A DNA stretch of 64,000 bases, taken from the NCBI GenBank assembly GCA_039931265.1, contig JBDTSG010000147.1, forward strand, positions 17,642 to 81,641, written 5' to 3'. A program made the translations under genes and the position numbers. Source of the stretch: Flavobacteriales bacterium. GTDB taxonomy: Bacteria > Bacteroidota > Bacteroidia > Flavobacteriales_F > PHOS-HE28. Shown here piece after piece: positions 17,019-25,965 of the stretch (within the stretch, counting starts at the first letter, position 1; every line of letters starts with the position of its first letter). Below the pieces are notes generated by a model that worked only from the letters and a program-made list of their open reading frames with translations, was not told where the DNA came from and made no database searches.

Positions 17019-18086
17019 TCAGCGGAACAGATCCAATTGCCCTTGCTCCGGTCGCCGGAACAAAGCGGTGTTCAAATCGGGCATGTGCCTTCCTGCAAAG
17101 ACACGGCGGTAGGTGACCTTGAACAGTTGCCGCACGGTGTTGGCGAACTCCCCTTCGCCGCGCATACGCCTGCCGAAGTTCGAGTCGTTCATGGCGCCGC
17201 CGTGCATTTCGCTCACCTGGGCGATCACCTTGGCCGCGCGATCGGGGAAATGCTCGTGTACCCAATTGTCGAACACCGGTTTCACCGCACCGTTGGTGCG
17301 CACCACCGTGTAACCGGCATGCACCGCCCCGGCATCGGCGGCGGCCTGCATCAACGTTGGGATCTCCGCCTCGTTCAGGGCCGGTATGATGGGTGCGATC
17401 ATCGCCATGGTGGGCACACCGGCTTTGCTCAGCGCTTCGATCGTCTTCACACGACCCGCCCCCGTGCTGGTGCGCGGCTCCATCACGCGGCGTAGGTCCT
17501 CGTTCAGGGTGGTCAAACTGATGGCAACGCTGGCGAGGCCCATGGATGCCAGTTCAGCGATCAGGTCCAGATCGCGCAGGATCAATGCGTTCTTGGTGAT
17601 CATGGCAACGGGTTGACGGAATTCCAGTAGCACCTCCAGCATCCGCCGCGTGATCCCCTCCTTCCGTTCCACCGGTTGGTAGCAATCCGTGTTGCCCGAG
17701 AGCATGATCGGTTCCGGCAGCCACTTCTTGTTCATCAGCGCTGCACGGAGCAGATCCGGCGCGTTGCGCTTCACAATAATGACGCGCTCGAAGTCCAGAC
17801 CCGCGCTATAGCCCCAGTACTCATGCGTGGGCCGCGCGTAACAATAGGCGCAGCCATGCTCGCATCCTTGGTAGGGGTTCATGCTCCAACCGAAGGACAG
17901 GTCAGGCGAGGTCACCTTGTTCACGATGGTCTTCGGGTTCTCCACCACGTAACGCGTGCGGCGGTCTTCCTCCTCCACCTCGTCGATGCCTTCCCAATGC
18001 ACAACGCCGTAGCTGTGTTTCAGGAAGCGGTTGGCCACCTGCGTTGCAGCACCACGGCCTTTGATGGGTTTTCCGTCGATCGGCAT
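17019..18086 (-). CDS. PA0069-family radical SAM protein (SPL/photolyase-like)
   Basis: MNPYQGCEHGCAYCYARP carries a CxxxCxxC motif; the family matches over its length. The ATG at 18086 (MPIDGKPIKGRG) is used. Confidence 0.85.
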   Translation of the reverse strand: MPIDGKPIKGRGAATQVANRFLKHSYGVVHWEGIDEVEEEDRRTRYVVENPKTIVNKVTSPDLSFGWSMNPYQGCEHGCAYCYARPTHEYWGYSAGLDFERVIIVKRNAPDLLRAALMNKKWLPEPIMLSGNTDCYQPVERKEGITRRMLEVLLEFRQPVAMITKNALILRDLDLIAELASMGLASVAISLTTLNEDLRRVMEPRTSTGAGRVKTIEALSKAGVPTMAMIAPIIPALNEAEIPTLMQAAADAGAVHAGYTVVRTNGAVKPVFDNWVHEHFPDRAAKVIAQVSEMHGGAMNDSNFGRRMRGEGEFANTVRQLFKVTYRRVFAGRHMPDLNTALFRRPEQGQLDLFR

Positions 18087-18359
18087 GCGAATAATATATG
18101 CTCGATCAGCGGGGAGCACCTGCGAATTCCGATGAAAGGAAGACAGGCCTGCTGAAGTACAGGTTTGGTGCTGTCCGCTGGAACAGCCCATCCCTCCCCG
18201 GCTGCTCACTCAAGGAAAGCACCGTTCACTCGGAGTTGCTGTTCGAACTGCGTTCTTCAACATGACCGACCAGCAGCGCGATGTCTTCATGATGAAGGTG
18301 TGCAGGGATGGCGACCCCGATCGGGCCAAGGCCTTCAGCAGCAACGACCCCGCAGCGAA

Positions 18360-18455
18360 CTACGCCGTCTGCTTCACACTCTTCTTCGCCGCGATCGCCT
18401 TCTCCACCTCCGCAATGGCCCGCTTCGTCTTCAGCAACGAATCCGGAGTAACGCT
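18360..18455. repeat. Degenerate (~90% identical) duplicate of the 3'-terminal ~95 bp of ppsA (copy at 18760..18857)
   Basis: In the ppsA frame it reads ...VKSVTPDSLLKTKRAIAEVEKAIAAKKSVKQTA*, against the genuine ppsA C terminus ...SVTPDSLLKTKRAIAEVEKTIAVKKSVKVEA*. The CTA (TAG) stop is retained at 18360..18362. Confidence 0.7.
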
Positions 18456-18457
18456 CT

Positions 18458-18748
18458 TCACTTATTCCCAAAGCGCGTCCACAACCAACTCAGCGCAGCG
18501 CCCCAAAGAGCGCTGTTCAACAGAAGGAGGAAAACGCCCTCCCCCAAGCTCAAAGTGGCGTCTTCAAAAGGAATGAGAATGATCGGGAACCAGGTCACAT
18601 TGGCGATTGCACGAAATATTGCATTCGGCGGGTCAGCGAAGGCCTCCAACTCATACTCGTCTATTCCGACGGAGAGGAAGTAGAATCCAAGCGCTAGTGA
18701 AACGAGAAAGTGGGTAGCGCTTAACCAGAACGTACGTCTCGCGCTCAT
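18458..18748 (-). CDS. Small hydrophobic (2-3 TM) protein of unknown function in a lower-GC insert
   Basis: MSARRTFWLSATHFLVSLALGFYFLSVG...FLLLLNSALWGAALSWLWTRF. The gene lies between ppsA and its duplicated 3' end. Local GC is about 50%, against about 63% for the window. Confidence 0.45.
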   Translation of the reverse strand: MSARRTFWLSATHFLVSLALGFYFLSVGIDEYELEAFADPPNAIFRAIANVTWFPIILIPFEDATLSLGEGVFLLLLNSALWGAALSWLWTRFGNK

Positions 18749-18761
18749 GGCCACAAAGCAA

Positions 18762-21218
18762 CTACGCCTCCACCTTCACACTCTTCTTCACCGCGATCGT
18801 CTTCTCCACCTCCGCAATAGCCCGCTTCGTCTTCAACAACGAATCCGGTGTAACGCTGATGGAATCGATCCCCAGTTCCACCAGGAACTGCGCAAAGTCC
18901 GGAAAGTCAGAAGGCCCTTGGCCGCAGATGCCCACTTTGGTTCCGGTACGTTTCGCGGTTTCGATCAGCAGCTTCAGCATGGCTTTTACGGCCGGGTTGC
19001 GCTCGTCGTAGAGGTGGCTGACCAGTGCGCTGTCGCGGTCCAGGCCAAGGGTGAGCTGGGTGAGGTCGTTGCTGCCGATGGAGAAGCCGTCGATGTGTTT
19101 GGCGAACTCTTCGGCGAGGATGATGTTGCTGGGGATCTCGGCCATGAGGTAGAGTTCCAGACCTTCCTTGCCGCGCTTCAGGCCGTATTCGTCCATCACG
19201 CCTTTCACCTTTTGCAGTTCTTCCACGGTGCGGCAGAAGGGCACCATGACGACCACGTTCTTCAAGCCCATCTTCTCGCGCACACGGCGGATGGCCTTGC
19301 ACTCGAGGCCGAAGGCTTCCTTGTACACCTCGCTGTAGTAGCGGCTCGCGCCGCGCCAGCCGATCATCGGGTTCTCCTCGGTGGGCTCGAAATGTTCGCC
19401 GCCCAGCAGGTTCTTGTACTCGTTGCTCTTGAAGTCGCTGAAGCGCACGATCACCTTGTTCGGGTAGAAGGCCGCGGCGATTTTCGCGATGCCGTAGCTG
19501 AGCTTTTTTACGAAGAAGGTCTCCTCGTCTTCGTAGCCGTTGATCAGGTAGCTGATCTTGCCGCTGAGGGCCACATCGCCGAGCTCCTTGTGTTGCAGCA
19601 GCGCGAGCGGGTGCGCTTGGATGTAGTTGTTGATGATGAACTCTTCGCGCGCCAGGCCGACACCGGCGTTCGGCAATCCGGAGAATTTGAAAGCGAGATC
19701 CGGACTTGCGACGTTGAGCATGATCGGCGTCTTCGTCTCCGGCATGTCGGCGAGCAGCGTTTCCTCTTTGCTGAAGGGAATGATACCGTGGTAGATGATG
19801 CCGACGTCGCCTTCGCAGCAACTGGCGGTCACTTCCATGCCGGTATCGAGCAGGTCGGTGGCGTTGCCGCAACCCACGATGGCGGGCACGCCCATTTCGC
19901 GCGCGACGATCGCCGCGTGGCAGGTACGTCCGCCTTTGTTGGTGATGATGGCGCTGGCCTTCTTCATGATCGGCTCCCAATCCGGGTCGGTCATGTCGGT
20001 AACGAGCACGTCGCCCGCTTGGAAATCCTTGCCGTCGCCGCCACCGCCACGACCGTCGAGGCTGTATAGGATGCGCACTTTTCCGCTGCCGATGCGATCA
20101 CCGATGGCGATGCCACGCGTGACTTCTTTCACCACGGCGGGCTTGTCGATCTTGTATTCCACAACACGATCCGTGGCCTTGCGGCTGTGGATCGTTTCGG
20201 GCCGCGCCTGCACGATGAAGAGCTGCTTGGTGAGTCCGTCGATGGCCCACTCCACATCCATCGGGCACCAGTGGCCTTTCTTGTCGCTGTAGTATTTCTC
20301 GATGGCCGCCACACTGCGCGCGATCTCCAACGCCTGATCATCGCTGATGCAGAAACGGTTGCGCTGCGCACGTTCCATGGGGATCACGGACACAGGCTTT
20401 CCGGGCTCGCCACCATAAACCATTTTGCGGTCCTTGTTGCCGAGCTTCTTCTCGATGATGCTACTGAAGCCTTCGGCCAATGTGGGCTTGAAGACGAGGA
20501 ACTCGTCCGGACTCACGGCACCTTGCACCACCATTTCCCCAAGGCCATAACTGCCGTTGATCAGCACCACGTCCTTGAAACCGCTTTCCGTATCGAGGCT
20601 GAACGCCACGCCGCTGCTGCCCACATCGGAGCGCACCATCTTCTGGATACCCACGCTGAGACCCACTTGGAAGTGGTCGTAGCCCAGGCTTTCGCGGTAA
20701 ACGATTGCGCGATCGGTAAAGAGCGAGGCGAAGCAGTTACGCACCGCACTGATCAGGTCCTGGTGGCCGCGGATATTGAGGAAGGTTTCCTGCTGCCCTG
20801 CGAAGGATGCATCGGGAAGATCTTCCGCAGTGGCTGATGAACGCACGGCCACGTCGGTTGCTTCCTGGCCATACTTCTGGCTCATTTCATCGTAGCGCTG
20901 AAGGATCCCTTTCCAGATCTCTTCCGGGAACTTGCCGTTCTTGATCAGCGTTCGAACCGCCAAACCGGTGCGACGGATGTTCTCCACGTCATCCACGTCC
21001 AAGCCCGCCACGATGTCGCGGATCTTCTGGTCGAGCACATTGTGCGCAATGAAAGCCTCGTAGCTCGCCACGGTGACGACGAATCCGCCGGGCACTTCCA
21101 CACCGAGCTTCCCCAGGTGCTGGATCATCTCCCCGAGGCTGGCGTTCTTGCCGCCCACCGTGGGGATGTCGCTCAATTCAACTTCGTGGAGCCATTTGAG
21201 GTAGGGAGCGGTGGGCAT
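18762..21218 (-). CDS. ppsA: Phosphoenolpyruvate synthase (pyruvate, water dikinase)
   Basis: MPTAPYLKWLHEVELSDIPTVGGKNASLGEMIQHL aligns with the E. coli PpsA N terminus; the PEP-utilising and PPDK-type domains continue to 830 aa. The track start at 21254 is a TTG. Confidence 0.9.
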   Translation of the reverse strand: MPTAPYLKWLHEVELSDIPTVGGKNASLGEMIQHLGKLGVEVPGGFVVTVASYEAFIAHNVLDQKIRDIVAGLDVDDVENIRRTGLAVRTLIKNGKFPEEIWKGILQRYDEMSQKYGQEATDVAVRSSATAEDLPDASFAGQQETFLNIRGHQDLISAVRNCFASLFTDRAIVYRESLGYDHFQVGLSVGIQKMVRSDVGSSGVAFSLDTESGFKDVVLINGSYGLGEMVVQGAVSPDEFLVFKPTLAEGFSSIIEKKLGNKDRKMVYGGEPGKPVSVIPMERAQRNRFCISDDQALEIARSVAAIEKYYSDKKGHWCPMDVEWAIDGLTKQLFIVQARPETIHSRKATDRVVEYKIDKPAVVKEVTRGIAIGDRIGSGKVRILYSLDGRGGGGDGKDFQAGDVLVTDMTDPDWEPIMKKASAIITNKGGRTCHAAIVAREMGVPAIVGCGNATDLLDTGMEVTASCCEGDVGIIYHGIIPFSKEETLLADMPETKTPIMLNVASPDLAFKFSGLPNAGVGLAREEFIINNYIQAHPLALLQHKELGDVALSGKISYLINGYEDEETFFVKKLSYGIAKIAAAFYPNKVIVRFSDFKSNEYKNLLGGEHFEPTEENPMIGWRGASRYYSEVYKEAFGLECKAIRRVREKMGLKNVVVMVPFCRTVEELQKVKGVMDEYGLKRGKEGLELYLMAEIPSNIILAEEFAKHIDGFSIGSNDLTQLTLGLDRDSALVSHLYDERNPAVKAMLKLLIETAKRTGTKVGICGQGPSDFPDFAQFLVELGIDSISVTPDSLLKTKRAIAEVEKTIAVKKSVKVEA

Positions 21219-21357
21219 GGGTAAGATGGATATGGGAATATGACGCGCGTTCAACGGAAGGTCATGGCGAAGGTTAGCAACCGACCCGGAATTGCACCCT
21301 AACGCTCCCCGAACGTCGTGGTTGTGTGAAGAAGCAACGCTCCTAACCCAGCGCCGA

Positions 21358-22794
21358 TCAGCGCTGGATCACAAGGACCTTGCTGATCGTGGTCGAGTTG
21401 TGCGCATCGAGCAACGCCAACACATAGGTCCCTGCGGCCAAGTCGGACAAGTCGAAGGTGGGCCCTGCTTGGGGCGAAAGGATCCTGAGCACGCGACCTG
21501 TTCCGTCCACGATGCGGATCGCCCGGATGTTGCCCTCCCCTATCAGTGCGTTGCAGATGGTGATGCCCCCTGTGCTGGGGTTCGGGAAAAACAAGGGTCC
21601 TACCGTCCCTGGGGGGGCATTCGCCAACGCAGTGGACAGGTTGCAGTTGACATACTGCAGGTAATTGTTCAACCCGAAGTTGCAGGTTTTGCCAGCCAAG
21701 TACATACCGTCGCGTACGTAATCGCAGGCCGACCCGGGCATGTCCGGGTTGTTGACCACGCCAAGGAAACCGCTGCTCTGCCGAGCAATGTAGATGCGGC
21801 CATCAGGCCCCAATTGCACGGAACCGAAGGGTTCGGTGATCGCACCCGTGTCCAAGACGATGCGGGAATTGGCGATGGTAGCCGAGTCGCTACTGCTCAG
21901 GTCGAACTGGTACAGCAGGTTGACATCGTTCCCGGTGAAGTTGAAGGCCTTCCATGTGGAGCCGTACAACTTCGATCCGTCGGGCGAGAAGGACACACCG
22001 AAGTCGCCGCGGCCATAAGGTAGCTGCAGTGGGTTGCTGACAATTCCCGTAAAAGGGTCGAAATCGAAAAGGGCGAGAAGATTCGTGGCATCGTTCACAC
22101 CCTCACCATTGGCGGTCATGGCAAGCCGGTCGCCGGCGAGGTTGAATTTCATCTCGCCACGCGCGTTCATGTTCGAGTTGCATGTGGCGAAAGACGGTCC
22201 CACAGCTGAAACCACGGGGTTCGGCGATAGGCCTGTGCTGGTGAGCAGGTATGCAAGGAAGCTGTTCGATGGGTACTCATGCGCCAGTACCCACACATCG
22301 GTGCCGTTGCCGTGGCGCGCAACAGTGACCGTTTCGGTGATGGTCGCCGTGGTAAGGATATTGGCCGCCGAAGCCACATCGCCCATGCCATTGTCGAGGG
22401 CCATGTCGACGATGTGGTACATCAGCGAAAGCGTGCCCTGCGCCTGGATCATGGTGGTGAGGATGCAGAAAAGGGAATCGGAGAGCGGCTGCCGCACGAT
22501 GAGCACTTGGCTCAACGTACCGCCGCTGTTCGTGATCGTACCGAATGGCATGGCCTGATGCGCGCGGTTCCACACCGTTTCACCGTTCGTGTAGAAAAGG
22601 AGCCCGCTGATGGCGTTGCTGATCGTTGCACACCCTTCGAAGCCATCGTTCTGTCCATCGTCCAAGGCCAACGCATCGCATTCCTGGAATCGCAGGCCGG
22701 CGTGGTTGCCGAATTGCCAAACGTTGCCTTCAACCTGCGCATATGCTGGCAGGACGAAGGTTCCGATGAGAAGAGGGAGCAAGGCTTTGATCAT
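21358..22794 (-). CDS. T9SS-sorted secreted protein (beta-propeller-like, type A C-terminal sorting domain)
   Basis: Signal MIKALLPLLIGTFVLPAYAQ; C terminus FFPNPSTGGITI...GRVLRI...GTYVLALL...KVLVIQR. Confidence 0.75.
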   Translation of the reverse strand: MIKALLPLLIGTFVLPAYAQVEGNVWQFGNHAGLRFQECDALALDDGQNDGFEGCATISNAISGLLFYTNGETVWNRAHQAMPFGTITNSGGTLSQVLIVRQPLSDSLFCILTTMIQAQGTLSLMYHIVDMALDNGMGDVASAANILTTATITETVTVARHGNGTDVWVLAHEYPSNSFLAYLLTSTGLSPNPVVSAVGPSFATCNSNMNARGEMKFNLAGDRLAMTANGEGVNDATNLLALFDFDPFTGIVSNPLQLPYGRGDFGVSFSPDGSKLYGSTWKAFNFTGNDVNLLYQFDLSSSDSATIANSRIVLDTGAITEPFGSVQLGPDGRIYIARQSSGFLGVVNNPDMPGSACDYVRDGMYLAGKTCNFGLNNYLQYVNCNLSTALANAPPGTVGPLFFPNPSTGGITICNALIGEGNIRAIRIVDGTGRVLRILSPQAGPTFDLSDLAAGTYVLALLDAHNSTTISKVLVIQR

Positions 22795-22916
22795 GTGTTC
22801 GGGCGAGTGAAAGTAGGGGGCCGTTCACTTCACCAGCCGTTCCCCGATTCCTTGAACCAGTTCAATGCACGGCGCGGGAGGGCGATGAACATTTGCCCCG
22901 TGAAACAACAACAACC

Positions 22917-23498
22917 ATGAGCACCACCACCGCAACGGCCGCCAATACGGCCACCACAAACCTCACCAAATGGACCATCGATCCCGCGCATAGCGAGATC
23001 CAGTTCAAGGTGAAGCACCTGATGATCACCACGGTAACCGGCAGCTTCCAGAAGTTCGAAGCCGAGATCACCGCGCCCGGCGACGATCTGAGCAAAGCCC
23101 GCGTGGATTTCCGTGCCGAAGCCGCAAGCATTACAACTGGCAGCGAGCAGCGCGATGGCCACCTGAAGAGCGGCGACTTCTTCGATATCGCGAACCACCC
23201 GCACATCACTTTCACCAGCACAAAGGCCGAGGATGTGGACCACGACGGTAGTTGGACGTTGCGCGGCGACCTCACCATCAACGGTATCACCAAGCCGATC
23301 ACCTTGGATGTGGAGTTCGGTGGCGTGATGAAGGATCCTTGGGGCAACACCAAAGCAGGTGTTTCCATACACGGCAAACTGGACCGTAAGCAGTGGGGCC
23401 TTTCATGGAACGCTGCGCTGGAAGCAGGTGGCATGTTGTTGAGCGACGAGGTGCGCATTGCCTGCGAAGTGCAGTTGGTGCAACAGGGCGCGGTGTAA
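22917..23498 (+). CDS. YceI family periplasmic protein
   Basis: TKWTIDPAHSEIQFKVKHLMITTVTGSF...DGHLKSGDFFD are YceI motifs. An alternative ATG lies at 22893. Confidence 0.8.
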   Translation: MSTTTATAANTATTNLTKWTIDPAHSEIQFKVKHLMITTVTGSFQKFEAEITAPGDDLSKARVDFRAEAASITTGSEQRDGHLKSGDFFDIANHPHITFTSTKAEDVDHDGSWTLRGDLTINGITKPITLDVEFGGVMKDPWGNTKAGVSIHGKLDRKQWGLSWNAALEAGGMLLSDEVRIACEVQLVQQGAV

Positions 23499-23766
23499 GG
23501 GACCGGCGCCAAGGGCGAACGGCGATGGGGAGCGGCGATGCCGCTGTCCGTCGCCGTTGCCGTTCATGCCACATTCAGTGGGGAAAGCCCTACTTGTGCG
23601 ACTTCCTCCGAGGGCAACGGTGCATTGATCCATCGGCGTTCGACGTGGGCAGCCGGGGAAAGGGTGCCAGGAACCGAAGTTGGAAACAACGGCCTGATAC
23701 TGTTGGCCGGAGACATTGTGCAGCGTTCCATCCACTTACCTTGTCTTGCCCACAAACCCCACGCCC

Positions 23767-25371
23767 ATGAAACACGCTACCGTTCTTCTTGCCTTGCTGT
23801 CGAGCAGCTTGCTCCAGGCCCAAGTGCCCGGTGTGGAATGGATGCGCACGGCCGGTGAATTCAGTCAGTTCGGCAAGCACTTGAGCGCCGTTGGTATGAA
23901 CGGATACATATACACTGCGGCGCGGGCCATGAACCCCGATTACGGCAACGGCTTCGTGGTGGCCGATGAGGGCATTGTTCTGGCCCGCTACGACAGCACC
24001 GGCACTATCGACTGGTGCCAGGGCATCAGCACATCACCGGTCGAATTCGAGGATGTGACGAGCATTGCCGTAACGAGCACCGGCGGTGTCTGGGTGCTGG
24101 GCCAGTTCACTTCCACCACCCTCACCGTTGGGGGTACGGTGCTCACCAACATGGGCAGTTCCTCTTCCTTTCTTGCCCGCTATAGTGTCCTGGGTGCGGT
24201 TGAGGAGGTGCACAGTTGGGGGGGAACCGGCAGCAGCATCACCAATGCAAGCGACCTGTGCATCGACGGGATGGACCGCGTGCATGTGACCGGCGCCACC
24301 GATGCAACGTCGATCACGGTCGATGGTGTTACAATGACCAACAGTGGGACCGGGCTTCAACTGTACACATTGGCCTTCGATGCGAACGGCACCGCGCTCT
24401 GGGGTGTCATGAGCGCTTCACCCGGCGGGACGGCTAGCGGGCGGGCCATAAGTGTGGATGCATCACTGAGAACGTACATAGCCGGGGTGGCGTCCACCGA
24501 TCTGGTGATCAACGGCACCACTTTGCCCGTGGGCAACCAGGACAAGGCCGTGCTGCTCACTTTCGATAACGTCGGTGCGCTCACCCACATGGAGGTGATG
24601 GCCGATTGTGTGCCCGTGGACATGGCCGTTGACGATGCCGGCCACGCCTACGTCTGCGGCTTCGTTGTGAACTCGGCCGTCTTTGGGAACGATACGCTGG
24701 TGCCTTCGGTGCTCGACGGTTTCGTGGCGGCCTTTCCCGGTAATGGGACGTGCGACTGGGTGGTGGGCGTGAGCGGCGCGCAGGACAACGAGATCTGCTA
24801 CAGCGTGGCGTTGGACAACTCTCACACACACTTGATCTCAAGCGGCATCTTCACCTTCGATGCATGGTTCGGTCCGCTGCATGTGCAGAGCGGGATGGTA
24901 CCCAGCGATGGCTTCATCATGCACCTGGACACGGCCGGGGCGGTGAACTGGGTGAAGGACATGACCGACAATGGACCGACGCTGTACGCGCAAGCGTTGT
25001 ACGATGCGAACGACCGCATCCACACGAGCGGTCTCACGCAGAGCACGCAGATCTACCTCGATGAGATCGTGGGTATCACCGCTCCCACCATAGGGTTCCT
25101 GGCGCGTTTCGATGGCTTGGTGATGGCCGTTCCCCAAGCAGAAGAGCAGCAAGACGCGCTCGTATACCCCAACCCAAACAACGGGATCTTCACGCTCGAC
25201 CTCCCACGGGATGCGCGTGCGATCATCATTGCGGATGCGCGAGGGCGTGAGCTACAACGCATGGCCGTGCGATCATCGCGTTCGTCTTTCCTCGTTGCAA
25301 CGAGCGGCGTGTACTTCGTGAGTGTGGTTTCCGATAGCGGTCGCACGGTACAACGCATCGTGGTTGACTGA
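23767..25371 (+). CDS. T9SS-sorted secreted protein with SBBP-like beta-propeller repeats
   Basis: Signal MKHATVLLALLSSSLLQAQ; C terminus ALVYPNPNNGIFTLDL...GRELQRM...GVYFVSVVSDSGRTVQRIVVD. Confidence 0.75.
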   Translation: MKHATVLLALLSSSLLQAQVPGVEWMRTAGEFSQFGKHLSAVGMNGYIYTAARAMNPDYGNGFVVADEGIVLARYDSTGTIDWCQGISTSPVEFEDVTSIAVTSTGGVWVLGQFTSTTLTVGGTVLTNMGSSSSFLARYSVLGAVEEVHSWGGTGSSITNASDLCIDGMDRVHVTGATDATSITVDGVTMTNSGTGLQLYTLAFDANGTALWGVMSASPGGTASGRAISVDASLRTYIAGVASTDLVINGTTLPVGNQDKAVLLTFDNVGALTHMEVMADCVPVDMAVDDAGHAYVCGFVVNSAVFGNDTLVPSVLDGFVAAFPGNGTCDWVVGVSGAQDNEICYSVALDNSHTHLISSGIFTFDAWFGPLHVQSGMVPSDGFIMHLDTAGAVNWVKDMTDNGPTLYAQALYDANDRIHTSGLTQSTQIYLDEIVGITAPTIGFLARFDGLVMAVPQAEEQQDALVYPNPNNGIFTLDLPRDARAIIIADARGRELQRMAVRSSRSSFLVATSGVYFVSVVSDSGRTVQRIVVD

Positions 25372-25402
25372 TAGCGAACGCCATGGAGCGATATTCGCCA
25401 CC

Positions 25403-25861
25403 GTGCGCATCATCGAATACGAGCCGCGGTACCGATCCGAATTCAAGCGCATCAACGTCGCATGGATAGCGAAGCGCTTCGAGGTGGAGGATGTGGACCT
25501 CGAGGTACTCGATCGGCCTGAGGAGAAGATCCTGGCGCTCGGCGGGAGGATCCTGCTGGCGTTGGAGGGCGATGAAGTAGCGGGCACTTGCGCTTTGCTC
25601 AACGCCGCGCCCGGTGTTTACCAGTTGGCGAAGATGGCCGTGGACGAGCCCTTCCGTGGTGCGGGCATCGGCCGTGCACTTTGTGAGGCCGGTGTAGAAA
25701 TAGCCCGGCAGTTAGGCGCGACCAAAGTCATGCTCTATTCCAACACGAAGGGATCCGCAGCGGCCGTGCAGTTGTATCGGAAACTCGGTTTCCGGGAGCT
25801 GCCACTACCAACACAGGCCTACCTCCGTGCCGACATCTATATGGAGTTGATGCTGCATTGA
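25403..25861 (+). CDS. GNAT family N-acetyltransferase
   Basis: ...YQLAKMAVDEPFRGAGIGRALCEAGVEIARQLG...LYRKLGF is a GNAT core. The start is uncertain: GTG at 25403 (MRIIEYEP) or the ATG at 25322, which would overlap the upstream gene by 50 nt. Confidence 0.6.
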   Translation: MRIIEYEPRYRSEFKRINVAWIAKRFEVEDVDLEVLDRPEEKILALGGRILLALEGDEVAGTCALLNAAPGVYQLAKMAVDEPFRGAGIGRALCEAGVEIARQLGATKVMLYSNTKGSAAAVQLYRKLGFRELPLPTQAYLRADIYMELMLH

Positions 25862-25965
25862 GGCGATCGGCTACCGAACCGTTCATCACACGAGCAACTG
25901 CGGCGCACTCGATCCTTCGTGCGCGCAACAAGGGGCTCGACCTTTCCATCCCCTAGTTGCATCCC

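Noticed and set aside
18165-18683. Plus-strand ORFs 18165..18683 and 18262..18576 near the ppsA remnant
   Set aside because: They overlap the duplicated ppsA 3' end in antisense. Part of 18262..18576 is hydrophobic and could conceivably be real, but the evidence is insufficient, so it was left unannotated.
18747-20069. 440-aa plus-strand ORF, and 18907..19980 minus ORF in a different frame
   Set aside because: Both lie entirely inside ppsA (antisense or off-frame). Their composition is Arg/Ala/His-rich low complexity.
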